Shown: piece after piece, positions 49,930 to 63,033 of the stretch | How the letters are laid out: each line of letters starts with the position of its first letter | Position numbering within the stretch: the first letter of the stretch is position 1 | Source: Mobula hypostoma | Taxonomy: Eukaryota | Direction: 5' to 3' | Length of the DNA: 64,000 nucleotides | Assembly (NCBI RefSeq): GCF_963921235.1 | Contig: NC_086097.1 | Span: 166,286,001-166,350,000 of the forward strand | Notes under the pieces: model-generated | What the model was told of the DNA's origin: nothing | Database searches by the model: none | Seen by the model: only the letters and a program-made list of their open reading frames with translations | Position numbers and translations under genes: made by a program

Positions 49930-52900
49930 TATGTCAATGATTTGGGCAATGGAATTGATGGCTTTGTTGCAAAGTTTGCAGATGATATGAAGATTGATGG
50001 AGGGCAGGTAGTTTTGAGGAAGTAGAGAGCCTACAAAAGGACTCAGACAGATTAGAAGAATAGGCAAAGAAATGGCAGATGGAAAACAATGTATGGTCAT
50101 GCACTTTGGTAGAAGAAATGAAAGTGTTGACTATTTTCTAAATGGACAGCAAATACAAAAAACTGAGGTGCAAATAGTCTTGGAAGCCTTTGTGCAGGAT
50201 TCCCTGAAGGTTAATTTGCAGGTTGAGTCCGTGGTGAGGAAGGTAAAAACAATGTTAGCATTCATTTCAAGAGGATTAGACTATAAAAGCAAGGATATCA
50301 TGTTGAAACTTTATAAAGCACTGGTGAGGTCTCACTTGGAGTATTGTGATTAATTTTGTGTGCCTTAGCTCAGAAAGAATGTGCTGGAACTGGAGAGGAT
50401 TCTAAAGAAGTTCCTGAAAATATTTTCAGGATTGAATGGCTTGTCATATGAAGAGCATTTAATGGCTCTGGGCCTGTATTCACTGGAATTCAGAAGAATA
50501 AGGGGTGACTTAATGAAAACCTATTGAATGGTGAAAGGCCTTGATAGAGTAGATGTGGAGAGAATGTTTCCTCCTTATGGTGGGAGAGTCTATGACCAGA
50601 GGACACAGCCTCAAAATGGAGTGGTGTCCTTTTAGAACAGAGATGAGAAGGAATTTCTTTAGCGGGAGAGTGGTGAATCTGTGGAATTCTTTGCCACAGG
50701 CAGCTGAGGAGGCAAATCTTTATCTATGTTTAAGTCAGAGGTTGGTAGATTCTTGATTGATCAGGGCATGCAAGGAGAAGACAGGAAATTGGAGCTGAGA
50801 GGAAAATTGGATCAGCCATGATGAAATGGCAGAGCAGACTCGATGGGCCGAGTAGCCTAATTCAGCTCCTGTCTCTTACGGTCTTATCGATTGATGTCTT
50901 TTGTATATTGGTTGCTTGTCCATCCTGTTGGGTACAGTCTTTTATTAATTCTATTATTTTGCTTGGATTTTTTGAGTTTGACAGCATGAAAACAAATTTC
51001 AATGTTGTATATAGTGACATATAATAAAGTTACTATGAACTTTGAACTTTGGAAGAAATCTATAGGTCAAGCAGCAGCTGTGGGAGGAAAGAATTGTTGA
51101 CAGTTCAGATTGATCATTAAAAATGCAGAGTTTTGACCAAAAACATTGACAATTCCTTTCCTCCCACAAATGCTGCTCAACCCACAGTATTCCTCGAGCA
51201 GATTGTTTGTTGCATAAAATGCATGCCAAATTCCAAACTGTTTATTTCCAGAGGGATTGAAAAGTAAGTAATTTATGCGAAACCTAAACAGAACCTTACC
51301 TATATTTCTGTTTGTCATATTATGAAAAGGATATAAAAATACTGGAGCAGATGCAGAGAAAGTTTCACAAACACATTGCCAGCAACGTGACAATGTACAC
51401 AACTGGAAAGAATGAATAGGATGATTTATTCTTCTCTCAAGGACTGGAGGCTGAGAGGTGACCTTATAGAGGTCACCTTGAAATCATGGAGGAAACACAG
51501 GACAAGGAAGACACTAACTGGAGGTCTTCAAGTGAATAATCAAATGTAGACTTCAGAAACTTCTTCACCCAAAGAACAATGAGGAAGTAGGATTTACTGC
51601 TGAAGGGAAGTGTGGAGTTTAAGAAAGGACGTACAAGAATTTGAGAATGAAGAGAATAGTTTCATTGATAAGCTTAGATGAAGAAAAGTGGGAGGTGGCT
51701 ATTGCCTTCTGCTAGCATGGACTGACTGATTCAGTTCTGTGCACCACATTCAGTGTTTGTTAATACGTAACTCAATGAGAAACTGATATTAGGAAAGAAG
51801 ATATGGAGAAACATTAGAAAAGATAGGTTCGATGAAAATCTGGCCAAAAGGATTCATCTGGTGCTACAAATCCATCTGTCTACTTCAAGGGTCGAAGTAG
51901 TCAGAAGTAGACGGAACTCTAATATTTTGGTCAATTAATTTTAAGCAAATGTTTTTACATCATGTTATTAAATGCACAAAAATCTGACACATCCGATGTA
52001 AACTAATGTTAATCTCACATTAAGAGGCCAAGGAACTGTCACTTAGGGGAAAACAGTCGAAGCTAAACAGAGAATAAGGAGACAGATGAATGTTTGGAAT
52101 TTCACTTTTCTCCCATTTGGTTCAAAAGAGACTGATAGCATTCTGTAAGTGAGACTAACCCTGAGTGTGTGACAGGCATTTTCCCAATGGGCTGAGCATC
52201 ACACTGACTCCCTTCCGTGGTTGTTAGCTGGCAGACCAGATCAGATTTTAAGCAAACAATTAAACTCAGTGATGGATAACCACAGGGTGCCCAAAAACAG
52301 CAATGAAACCAATAGTTGGGGGAAGGCCACTGACAGCATCTGCAGAGTGTTAATCATGAGCTCTAGAAAAGATACTTAAAAATACATCTGTATAACAGTA
52401 TAACAACAGGAAAATCTTGCTCCTTTCTTTAGTCAAATGCATTACCTCCAAGTTGGCTTCAATGGTACTTTATCCCTTGTAGAGAACACATTGTGTCAGT
52501 AAATAACTATGAAATATGTAGTTTTTCTATAATTAAAATAAAAACAAGTTTTAATCTGCTATAATCACTTGATTAGTATCAGCCAATAAAACCCTAACAC
52601 AAAAGGGATTATATTCCTTTTCACTCCCTCTCTTAAATTGCACTAATGCCATTATATTTCTTGACATGTATAACTTACATTATTTTAAGCTTTTGTTAAC
52701 TCATTGTTGTCATGTCAGTAACATACCGTGCTACTGCTGCTGCTGTAAAATAAGTTCATTTTCATTACATGCCCTGTGTGTATATGCCTGTGACAAAAAC
52801 TATGAACTTGAACTTCAGACGGCTATCAACATTACTACAGTTAAGATGTTGACCTTGAATGCTGAAGAAAATCTTACTCAAATAAATTTTTGATGGTTTT

Positions 52901-52991
52901 AAGAGGATCCAAAGAATTTAAGGTAATTGTTCAGGTTAAGCTAAGTCCTTGACTACAGCTTGTTTTTAATGGTCTATTAATTTATTAGTGT

Positions 52992-53292
52992 GGCGCATGG
53001 CCAAATGGTTAAGGCATTGGACTAGCGATCTAAAGGTTGTGAGTTCGAGCCCCAGCCGAGGCAGCATGTTGTGTCCTTGAGCAAGGCACTTAAACACACT
53101 CTGCTCCAGTCCACCCAGCTGAAAATGGGTACCAGCAGAATGCTGAGGGTTAACTTCGCGATAGACTGGCGTCCTATCCGGGGGGCAGTCTCATACTCTC
53201 AGTCGCTTCACGCCACGGAATCCGGCATAAGCACTAGCCTGATGAGCCTATGAGGCTTGGGACAGACTTTAACTTAACTTAACTTAACTTAA
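52992..53292 (+). mobile_element. tRNA-derived SINE
   Basis: A box TGGCCAAATGG, B box GTTCGAGCC, central gtgtccttgagcaaggcactt...cacccagctgaaaatgggtacc, (TTAAC)n tail, 18-bp TSD CTATTAATTTATTAGTGT (52974-52991/53293-53310). Confidence 0.92.
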
Positions 53293-53299
53293 CTATTAA

Positions 53300-53800
53300 T
53301 TTATTAGTGTCATATGTGCCAAGATACAGTGAAAAGATTTTCTTGCGTACAATGTAACCTAATGATTACACAGCACATTGAGCTAGAATAAGGTAAAACA
53401 ATAACAATGCAGAATAAACTGTAAAAGCTACTGAAAAAGAGCAGTGCTGGTAAATGATAAAGTGCAAGATCACAACGAGATTTTCTGGAGGACAAGTGTC
53501 TATCTTATCATACAAGAGTCTTCTGACAGTGAGAGAGAAGCTGTCTTTGAACCTAATAGCACGTTTTCAGGATTTCATATCTTCTGCCCAATGGGAGAGG
53601 GAAGAAGAGAGAATATCCAAGGTGTGCGGGGTCTTTGATTATGCTGGGTGCCTTACTGAAGCAGAGAGAAGTATAGACAGAGTCTATAGAGGGGACGCTG
53701 TATCCTGTAAGGTACTGTGCTTTGTCCAAAACTTTCTGCATTTTCATGCAGTCACATAAAGAGTAGTTCTCATACAAAGCCATTATGTACCCAGACAGAA
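53300..53800 (-). mobile_element. Rex1/Babar-like 3' fragment
   Basis: KAPSIIKDPAHLGYSLFFPLPLGRRY in ORF 53553..53813. Confidence 0.75.
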
Positions 53801-54398
53801 TGATTTCCATCAAACATCATTTCAGATTATTACTGCAATCTGATGCAGGTCTCATTATAAAGGGAACAGTTGGATTGCTGAACCTGAGTGACCCCAGGTC
53901 GCTCTCTGGACATGCACCGCTATGCATGCTGACACCGGAGAATGCCAACAATACAGCTTATGAGTGAAGTCGGAGATACAGTAGGTCCGAGGGCGGCTAG
54001 ATGGAAGCTGGCTTCAACAATTTGCTGTTTTTTAAAATCGGAATTTTCTTTTTTTGTTGCTCCTCACTGAAAGCCGTTGACTCATACTGTCACAACTGCA
54101 GTGACAATTCCTAAATCTCTTCCTGGTGAACCAAGACAGTCTGTGGGGGTGACTTCAACAGTGCCCATTCCCTGTTTTCATCAGACATCTGTTTGTGTCC
54201 ACTTCTATTAAGGGTCACTGTATTGATAATATAACTCAGTATCAGAGCAACACAGCACAGGTCCTTCAGCCCATCGACCGCATTATCTACCTAGCCAGTT
54301 CCAGTTTCCTGCATTTGGTCCATATTTTACCAGGCCCCTTCCTTCCATGTACCTATCTAAGTGCTCCTTATATGATACTATTGTATCTGCCTTAGCCA

Positions 54399-55089
54399 AA
54401 AACTTGGATATTAAGAACATCAAGTACTGCAGATTTACCCCACTAGTGAGTTGCTTTGATAGCGATATAGTGCGTCAGAGGTCATGCACGGAGGTGGATT
54501 TCGAGCAAATGGTTGTCTTGTACATTTTTCATGTGATCACATAAACCCCGATGGACATTGGTACTAAAATACTGCAGTCCATTTCACTGGTCAGCCCGAC
54601 GACGGGAAGCTGCGTGGCTTCGGTTGTTGCGCAGACCAGGCTGTTGCAGGGGATTGCCTGTTGCAGCTGCCCAAGGGAGGAGACACCAGAGGTGGTGTAG
54701 GAGAGAACGGAGATGCGGCAGATGTGCAGGCTTGGGCCTGGCCCCTCCTGTTGGTGCTGCCCTCTAGTGTTTGCTGGGTGGAATGCATTTGCCTGCGGCT
54801 ACACGAGCGCATGATGAGAACTGTTGTGTGCTTTCTCTTGCTGAAATGTGGCAACATCACGTGAACCATCAACCTATAGGCCATGACACTCAGGACCTTG
54901 GGCTATATTATTACAATTATTTCTTTTGTATCTGTATGCTTTTTCTGCTATCATAATTATATATGATATATGTGGGTGACTGTCAGTACTGTGTTTTGCA
55001 TCTTGGCCCCGGAAGACGCTGTTTCGTTTGGCTGTATTCATGTGTATGGTTGAATGACAATTAAACTTGTACTCGTACTTGAACTTGAA
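54399..55089 (+). mobile_element. Non-autonomous retroposon-like insertion with a LINE-type tail
   Basis: Splits a CR1 3' end; GC-rich non-coding body; tail ...gttgaatgacaattaaacttg..(ttgaac)n. Confidence 0.5.
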
Positions 55090-55399
55090 CCACTTTCTCC
55101 AGCAGCTCAATCCATATACTCACCATCCTTTCTGTGAAAAAGTTGTCCTTCAAGGCCCTTTTAAAAATTTCCCCTTTCATCCTAAATCTGTATCACTAGT
55201 TTTGAACTCTGCTACCCTAGGGAAATGATCAGAGGCTCAATATCTCTTATCAAGCAGGGTTCCCTAGACTTGCCAGGTTTGCCCTTCACCCTAACTGGAG
55301 CACACTGCTCCTGAACTCTGGACATTTCATGCTCAATGCTCCCACTTGCCACTTGTTCTTTTCCCTTCAAACAGGTTCTCACGATCAATCTCTGCTAGG

Positions 55400-56098
55400 T
55401 GGAGACACAGGAATCTGCAGATGCTGGAGTCTAGAGCAACACACAATCTGCTGAAAGAACTGGGCACCCGTATGGGTCCCAGCTATGCCTGCCTTTTTGT
55501 TAGCTTTGTGGAACAATCTATGTTCCGTGCCTATTCTGGTATCTGTCCCCCACTTTTCCTTCGCTACATCGATGACTGCATTCGCACTGCTCCCTGCACG
55601 CATGCTGAGCTCGTTGACTTTATTAACTTTGCCTCCAACTTTCACCCTGCCCTCAAGTTTACCTGGTCCATTTCCGACACATCCCCCCAACCCCTTTCTT
55701 GATCTTTCTGTCTCTGTCTCTGGAGACAGCTTATCTATTGATGTCTACTATAAGCCTACTGACTCTTACAGCTATCTGGACTATTCCTCTTCTCACCCTG
55801 TCTCTTGCAAAAACGCCATCCCCTTCTCGCAATTCCTCTGTCTCCGCCACATCTGCTCTCAGGAGGAGACTTTTCATTCCAGGACGAGGGAGATGTCCTC
55901 CTTTTTTAAAGAAAGGGACTTCCCTTCCTCCACCATCAACTCTGCTCTCAAACGCATCTCTCCCATTTCACGCACCTCTGCTCTCACTCCATCCTCCCGC
56001 CACCCCACTAGGAATAGGGTTCCCCTTGTCCTTACCTACCACTCCATCAGTCTCCGGGTCCAACATATAATTCTCCATAACTTCTGCTACCTCCAACA
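55400..56098 (+). mobile_element. Penelope-like RT fragment preceded by an inverted terminal piece
   Basis: GTRMGPSYACLF, LRYIDDC, PFLDLSV, YYKPTDSYSYLDYSSSHP..KNAIPFSQFL, PLVLTYH; one frameshift at ~55690. Confidence 0.92.
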
Positions 56099-56099
56099 G

Positions 56100-57620
56100 G
56101 CTAGTAATATTGGGATTGCTGCCTGTGCCACACGCCAATGAAGATAGGAATAGAACAAGGTGGCAGATGGATGTGTGGCTGAAGAGTTGGGGTAGGGGGC
56201 AGGGATTCAGGTTTCTGGATCATTGGGAACCTTATCTGGGGCAGGTGTAACCTGTACAGAAGGGACGGGTTGCACTTCAATCCGAGTGGGACCAATATTC
56301 TTGCAGGCAGGTTTACTTGAGCTGTTGGGAGTGGTTTAAGCTAATATGGCGAGGGGTGGGAACCAGTGTGATAGAGCTGAGGATGACCCAGCAGGTTTAC
56401 AAGTAGATGATGGGCGTAACATGAATGTAAGGAAGGACAAACCAATGATTGGGTACAAACGCAGATAGAGCAAAGAGTTAAATTATACCATAGAGGCACA
56501 ATTCAAAAGGACAAAGAATGCAGGACTGAAGGTGTTGTACTTAAATGTGTGTAGCGTTCGGAATAAGGTGGACGAACTCGTGACACAATTAGAGCTGGGT
56601 TGGTATGGCATTGTGGGCATCAGTGAGTTGTGGCTGAAAGAAGGTCATAGTTGGGACCTTAACATCAAAGGATAAACTTTGTATCGAAAGGACAGGCAGA
56701 AAGGCATAGGAGGTGGTGTGGCTCTGTGGTAAGAGATGGAATTACATCTTTAGAAAGAGGTGACGTAGGGTCGGCGAATGAGGAATCTTTCTGAGTGGAG
56801 TTAAGAAACAGCAAGGGTGAAAAAACCATTCTGGGAATCCTATATAGGCCAAGTAGCCAAGATGTGGGGTTGAGATTGCAATGGGAGCTTGAAAAGGCAT
56901 GTAATTAGTGTAATGACACAATTGTAATGGGGGACTACAACATGCAAGGGGATTGGGAAAATCAGGTTGTTGTCAGATCGCAAGAGAGGGAATTTGTTGA
57001 ATGCCTACGAGATGGCTTTTTAGAACAGCTTGTGCTTGAGCCTACTCAGAGAAAGGCTATCTTAGATTGAGTGTTGTGTAATAACTCAGATAGCATTAAG
57101 GAGCTTAACGTAAAGGAACCCTTAGGAGACAGTGATCATAATATGATTGAATTCATACTGCAGTTTGAGAGGGAGAAGCATAACCAACATACATCCGTAT
57201 CACAATGGAATAAAGGGAATTACAGAGGCATGAGAGAGGAGCTTGCCCAGGTGGGTTGGAGAAGGCTACTGGCGGGGATGATGGCAGAGCAGAGATGGCT
57301 GAAGTTTCTGGGAATAGTTCACAAGGTGAAGGATAGATATGTCCCACAGAGGAAGAAGTTCTCAAATGGCAGGGATAGGCAACCATGGCTGACAAAGGAA
57401 ATTATGGAGAGAGTGATAAATCTGTGGAATGCTCTGTCTCAGACTGCGGTGGAGGCCAAGTTTGTGCATATATTTAAGGCGGAAGTTAATCATTTCCTGA
57501 TGGGTCAGGGCATCAAAGGATATGATGGGAAGGAAGTTGTCTCGGGTGGAGTGGGATGCAGGATCAGCCATGATGGAATGCCAAAGCAGACTTGATGGGC
57601 TATGTCTTATGGTTTTACGG
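56100..57620 (+). mobile_element. CR1 (type B) with large internal deletion
   Basis: ORF1 end DGLHFNP, leader NQCDRAEDDPAGLQ, LKVLYLN, PLGDSDHN; after PWLTKE it jumps directly to the 3' end (RVINLWNAL). Confidence 0.85.
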
Positions 57621-58561
57621 TCTTTCAAGGACATTTCATCCCATGTTCTCGATATATATATATTTATTTATTATTATGTTTTTATTTTTCTAAAAACTCA
57701 TTCTGTTTAAACTTGAAGTATGGGCATAGCCAAGAACAATCAGTTCATAATTGCTAGGAACTTTTGGACTATTCTAGTGGTGTTTAGTATTGTGGCCTTC
57801 TGGAGATTTACATAGATATTGCTGTGTAGCTGAATTGTTTAATGCTATTGTGCAGTAACTTCTGGACAATACCAGTTGTAGGCATTATTGTTGGGACAAT
57901 GTATATGCTGTTCACGTTCCATAAGACCATAGGATATAGGAGCAGAATTAGGCCACTTGGCCCACTGAGTCTGTTCTTCCATTTCATCAAATCAAACCAA
58001 GTTTTCTTATCATTCAAACCATACATGGATACAGTTGAACAAGATAGTGTTTCTCTGGGGCCCAAGTGCATAATGTATATTCAGAATAGTGCGGGAGTGA
58101 AAGAAACACACACACATTGTCAATTAAGAAAAACACATGTATGGTCCAAGTCCCTGAGTGACATGCAAATTGACGTTTCAACTCCTGGCAATCCACTCTG
58201 TCCTTCTGCTGGTCGAACACTGGATGGCAGCACTGATAGGAGAGACTAAGCACAGACTCCACACTACACCATCTCCAGTCTCATCCCACCTGGAGTGAAG
58301 CAGCCAGCAAGCCCGCTTGAGGCCTAGTCCTTGCTACATCTGAGGCCACGCTGCTGCCTCATCGCCTGTCTCCCCTCCAAACAAGGGAAACAGGTCTGTG
58401 GCATCTTACATTATCAATGTCCAACAGGGTAGAAGGGCATCCAAGACAGTCATTCATAGTTACACTGCACGCTGCTTTTGCGCACCAACTCTGATGGCTT
58501 CGAGTAGCAGGCAGCAAAATGGTTTCCACCCAGGTCAGCTCTTCTGAACCTTATCTGGCCT

Positions 58562-58800
58562 GTCCACTGGCTTCTCCTTCTCCCAGCCGCCCCCTGGCTT
58601 CTTCTCCTTCTTCTGGCTGAGCACCATCTTCTCCTTCTCCTATCTGTCTGCTGGCTTCACCCTCTCTGACTCATCTGCTGGCTTCTCCTTCTTACGGCTG
58701 ACTGCAGGATTGTCCTTCTCCCAACCAACTGTTGACTTTTCCTTCTCCTGGCCACCTGTCGGCTTTTTCTTCTCCCGGCCACTTGCTAGCTTCTCCAATT
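58562..58800. repeat. Degenerate 27-bp minisatellite, ~9 units
   Basis: Unit approx. gtctgctggcttctccttctcccggcc. Confidence 0.75.
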
Positions 58801-61800
58801 TTCCTTTCAGCCCCAATCTCCTGCCTTCTCCCGGTATCCCTTTATGCCCTGACCAGTCAGGAATCTATCAACCTCTGCCTTAAAGATACATAAAGACTCA
58901 GGCTCCAAAACTGCCAGTAACAAAGAATTCCACAGATTCACCACTCACTGGCTTAGCAAATTCCTCCTCATCTCTGTTCTAAAAGAACTCCCCTTTATTC
59001 TTATGCTCTGTCTTCTGGTCTTAGACTCTCCCATCAGAGGAAGCATCTTCTCCACATCCCTTCTATCAAGGGCTTTCACTATTCAATAGGTTTCAATGAA
59101 ATCACGCTTTATTCTTCTGAATTCTAGTGAATACAGGTCCAGAGCCATCAAACACTCTTCATATGACATGGTATTCAATCCTGGAATCTTTTTCAACCTG
59201 CAAATTAATCCTTAGGGAATCCTGCACAAGGGCTCCCAAGTCCCTTTGCACCTCAGTTTTTTTTTGTATTTTCTTTCCATTTAGAAAATAGTCAACCCTT
59301 TCATTTTTTCTACCAAAGTGCATGACCATACACTTCCTGACAATGTATCCCATCTGCCATTTCTTTGCCCTTTTTCTTAATCTGTCCAAGTCCTTGTGTG
59401 GTCTCTCTACTTCCTCAAAACTACCTGTCCTTCCATCTATCTTTATGTCATCTGCAAACTTTGCAATAAAGCCATCAATTCCATCATCCGAATCATTAAC
59501 ATGGAATGTAAAAAGAATCAGTCCCAACACAGACCCCAGTGGAACACCACTAGTCAGTCACCAGCAGCCAAACAGGAAATGCTTCCTTTATTCTCACTTT
59601 TTACTTCCTGCCAATCAATCACTGCTTTGTCCATGCTAGAGTCTACCCTGTAATACGATGGGCTCGTAGCTTGTTAAACAGCCTCATGTGCAGCACTTTG
59701 TCAAAAGCCTTCTAAAAATCCAAGTACGCTACATCAAACGATCCTCCTTTATCTATTCTGATTGTTATTTCTTCAAAGGTTTCCAACAGATTTGTCAGGC
59801 CAGATTTTCTCTTTAGGAAATCATGCTGACTACGGCCTATTTTATCATGAGCCTCCAAGTACCCTGAGACTTCATCCTTGATAATGGACTCCAACATGTT
59901 GCCAACCACTGAGGTCAGACTAACGAGCCTATAATTTCCTTTCTTCTGCCTCTCTCCCTTCTTGAAGAGTGGAGTGACAATTGCAATTTTCCAGTCTTCC
60001 GGAACCACTCCTGATCTAGTGATACTTGGAAGATCATTATTAATGCCTTCAGCCACCTCTTTCAGAACTCTGGAGTGTGCACTATCTGGTCCAGATGATT
60101 TACCTACCTTCAGACATTTGAATTTCCCAAGAAACTTCTCTAGTAATGGTAATTTCACACACTTCATGACCCCGGCACCTGGAAGTTCTACCATACTGCT
60201 AGTGTATTCCACAGTGAAGACGGATGGAAAATACTTAATCAGTTCATCCACCATTTCCTTGTCCCATTACTACCTCTCCAGCATCATTTTCCAGTGGTCC
60301 AACATCCACACTCACCTCTCTTTTACATTTTCTGTATTCGAAGAAACATTTGGCATCCTCTTTAAAATCACTGGCTAGCTTACTTCAGCAGCCCATTTTT
60401 ACCTTCTTAATGACTCTTTATGGTTGCCTGCTGTTGGTTTTTAAAAGCTTCCCAATCTTCTAACTTCCCACTAATTTTTTTCTTTATTTTATGGCCTTTT
60501 TGGCTTTTTAATGTTGGCTTTGACTTCTCCTGTTAGCCACGGTTGAGTCATCTTACCTTTGGAATATGTCTTTCTCTTTGGGATGTATATATCCTGTGCC
60601 TTCTGAATTGTTTCCAGAATTTGCAGCCATGCTGTTCTTCTATTATCCCTAGTGGGCCCAACCAAAAGTTGCTCTAAAAAGCCATCTCTAATGAACTCTA
60701 GAAATTCCCCCTGCTGGAATCCGGCACCAACCTGATTTTCCCAATCTAACTGCATATTGAAATCCCCCATGACTGTTGTAACATTGCCCTTCTGGCATGC
60801 ATTTTCTATCTCCTGTTGTAATTTGTAGAAATCCTCATTACTGTTTGGGGGCCTGTATACATCTCCCATCAGGGTCTTTTTACCCTTGCAGTTCCTTTGC
60901 TCTATCCACAATGATTCAACACATCTGACCCTAAGTCACTTCTTTCTAATGATTTGATTTCACTTTTTATCAAAAGTGCAATGCTGCCCCACCCACCTGC
61001 CTTCCTGTCTGTCCTTTCGATACAAATCCTTGGACATTAAACTCCCAGCTATAAACTTCCTTCAGCCATGAATCAGCGCCAACCTGCAACGTGCTACAAG
61101 TTCGTCTACCTTATTCCATACAGTGCATGCATTCAAATACAACACCTTCCGTCCTGTATTCACCCTTCCAATCTTGTCTGCCTTTTATGTTGTGACTCAT
61201 CTTGTTGACTGTTATTTTGCCCTATCAACAAACAGCCTCTCTTCACTACTCATTGCCTCTGTTTGTAAACCAGCTATCTCACCTTCAGCACTATCATCTG
61301 CGTTTCCTACGATGCTTTTTGCATTGAAATATACACAGCTCAGGTCACTAGTCACACCATGTTCAACCTTTTGATTCCTGGCTTTGTCTGAGGTCTTACC
61401 AACATCTGCCCCCACACCCTGTCCACTACCTGTTCTGGCACTCTGGTTCCCACCCCCCTGCAACTCTAGTTTAAACCCCACCAGGTAGCATTAACAAACC
61501 TTCCTGCTATAATATTAGTCCCCCTCCTGTTCAGTGCAAACTGTCCTGTCTGTACACATCCCACCTGCAAGAGAGCCCAAAGATCCAAAAAATCTTATGC
61601 CCTCCCTCCTACACCAGCTCCTTAGCCACGTATTAAACTGTATCTTCTAGTTCTGCCCTCACTAGCACATGGCATGGTTAGCAATCCTGAGATCACAACC
61701 CTGGAGGTCCTGCTCTTTAATTTAGCATCTAACTCCATGAACCCCCTATGCAGAACCTCATCACTTGTCCTACCCACATCATTGGTACCTACTTGGACAA

Positions 61801-61909
61801 TGATTTCTGGTTGTTCACCATCCCACTTAAGAATACTGAGGACTCGATCCAAGATATCCTGGACCCTGGCACACTGGAGGCAACATACCATCTGGGAATC
61901 TTGTTCTTG

Positions 61910-62786
61910 CAGTCGATGTTTCAGGCCGAGACCCTTTGGCAGGACTAGAGTAAAAAAGATGAGGGATATATTTAATAGGTGGGGAAGGGGAGAGAGAAAC
62001 ACACGGTGACAGGTGAAACTGGGAGGGGGAGGGATGAAGTAAAGAGCTGGGAAGTTGATTGGTGAAAGAGATACAGGGCTGGAGAAGGGGGTGTCTGACA
62101 GGCGAGAACAAAAGACCATGGAAGAAAGAAAAGGGGGGAGGAGCTCCAGAGGGAGGTGATGGGCAGGCAAGGAGATAAAGTGAAAGAGGGGAAAGGGGAT
62201 GGGGAATAGTGAATGGTGGGGGTGGTGCCCATTACTGGAAGTTTGAGAAATCGATATCCATGCCATCAGGTTGGAGACTAATTAGACGGAACATAAGGTG
62301 TTGTTCCTCCAACCTGAGTGTGTCCTCATCGCAACAGTAGAGGAGGCCGGGAATCGACATATTGTTATGGGAGTGGGAAGTGGAATTCAAATGGGTGGCC
62401 ACTGGGAGATCCTGCTTCTTCTGGTGGATGAAGCGTAGGTGCTCGGCAAAATGCTTTCCCAAGCTATGTCGGGTCTCACCGATATACAGGAGGCAAGACC
62501 AGGATCACCGGACACAGTATATGATCCCAACAGACTTACAGGTGAAGTGTCACCTCACCTGGAAGGACTGTTTGGGGCCCTGGATGGTAGTGAGGAAGGA
62601 GGGGTAGGGACAGGTGTAGCACTTGTTCCGCTTGCAAGAGTAAGTGCCAAGAGGAAGATCAGTGGGGAGGAACGAATGGACAAAGGGAGTCGCGTAGGGA
62701 GCAATCCCTGCGGAAAGCAGAAAGTGGGGGGAGGGCAAGATGCGCTTGGTTGTGGGATCCTGTTAGACGTGGTGGAAGTTTCGGTG
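61910..62786 (-). mobile_element. Penelope-like 3' part inserted in CR1 ORF1
   Basis: GTYSCKRNKCYTCPY, YIGETR..GKHFAEHLRFI..PVATHLNS..RLEEQHLMFRL..LQPDGMDIDF; ends in a hammerhead-like motif at 61910-61947. Confidence 0.88.
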
Positions 62787-63033
62787 ACGTAACCTTTGTT
62801 GAGGGTGATGGCCACAGGGGTACTCTGCACTGAGTTCTTAACCCCTGTATCCTGCACCTTGGGTGTACCAATGTCCTTATACGTCCAATCTCTCACCTCC
62901 TCACCCTCCATAATGATCTGGAGTTCATCCAGTTCTAGCTCCTGCTTCTTAACATGGATTATTAGAAACTGCAGCTGGATGCACTTCTTGCAGTTGTAGT
63001 CATCAGGGACACTGAGCTCTCCTTGCCTTCCTA

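Larger units (their letters stand above)
46595..50885 (+). mobile_element. Decayed CR1 (chimeric A/B type) hosting a Rex fragment and a MITE
   Basis: ORF1 end, CLYINARSILGK, then a second KVLYLNA start, YRPPNS, DFQKAFDKV, LYKALVRSHLEYC and a 3' UTR. Confidence 0.9.
57920..63030 (-). mobile_element. Decayed near full-length CR1 (chimeric A/B type) with nested insertions
   Basis: ORF1 CKKCIQL and QVGTND; CVYFNAKSIVGNAD; second KVLYLNA; MGDFN, NYRLVSLTS, FADDIK; 3' tail at 57920. Confidence 0.9.

Noticed and set aside
52992..53060. tRNA gene
   Set aside because: A and B boxes are present but there is no convincing cloverleaf; it is the head of a TSD-flanked SINE.
53239..53265. Hammerhead ribozyme in the SINE tail (CTGATGA-GCC-tatga-GGC)
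   Set aside because: The required GAAA after stem II is missing (TTGGGAC follows).
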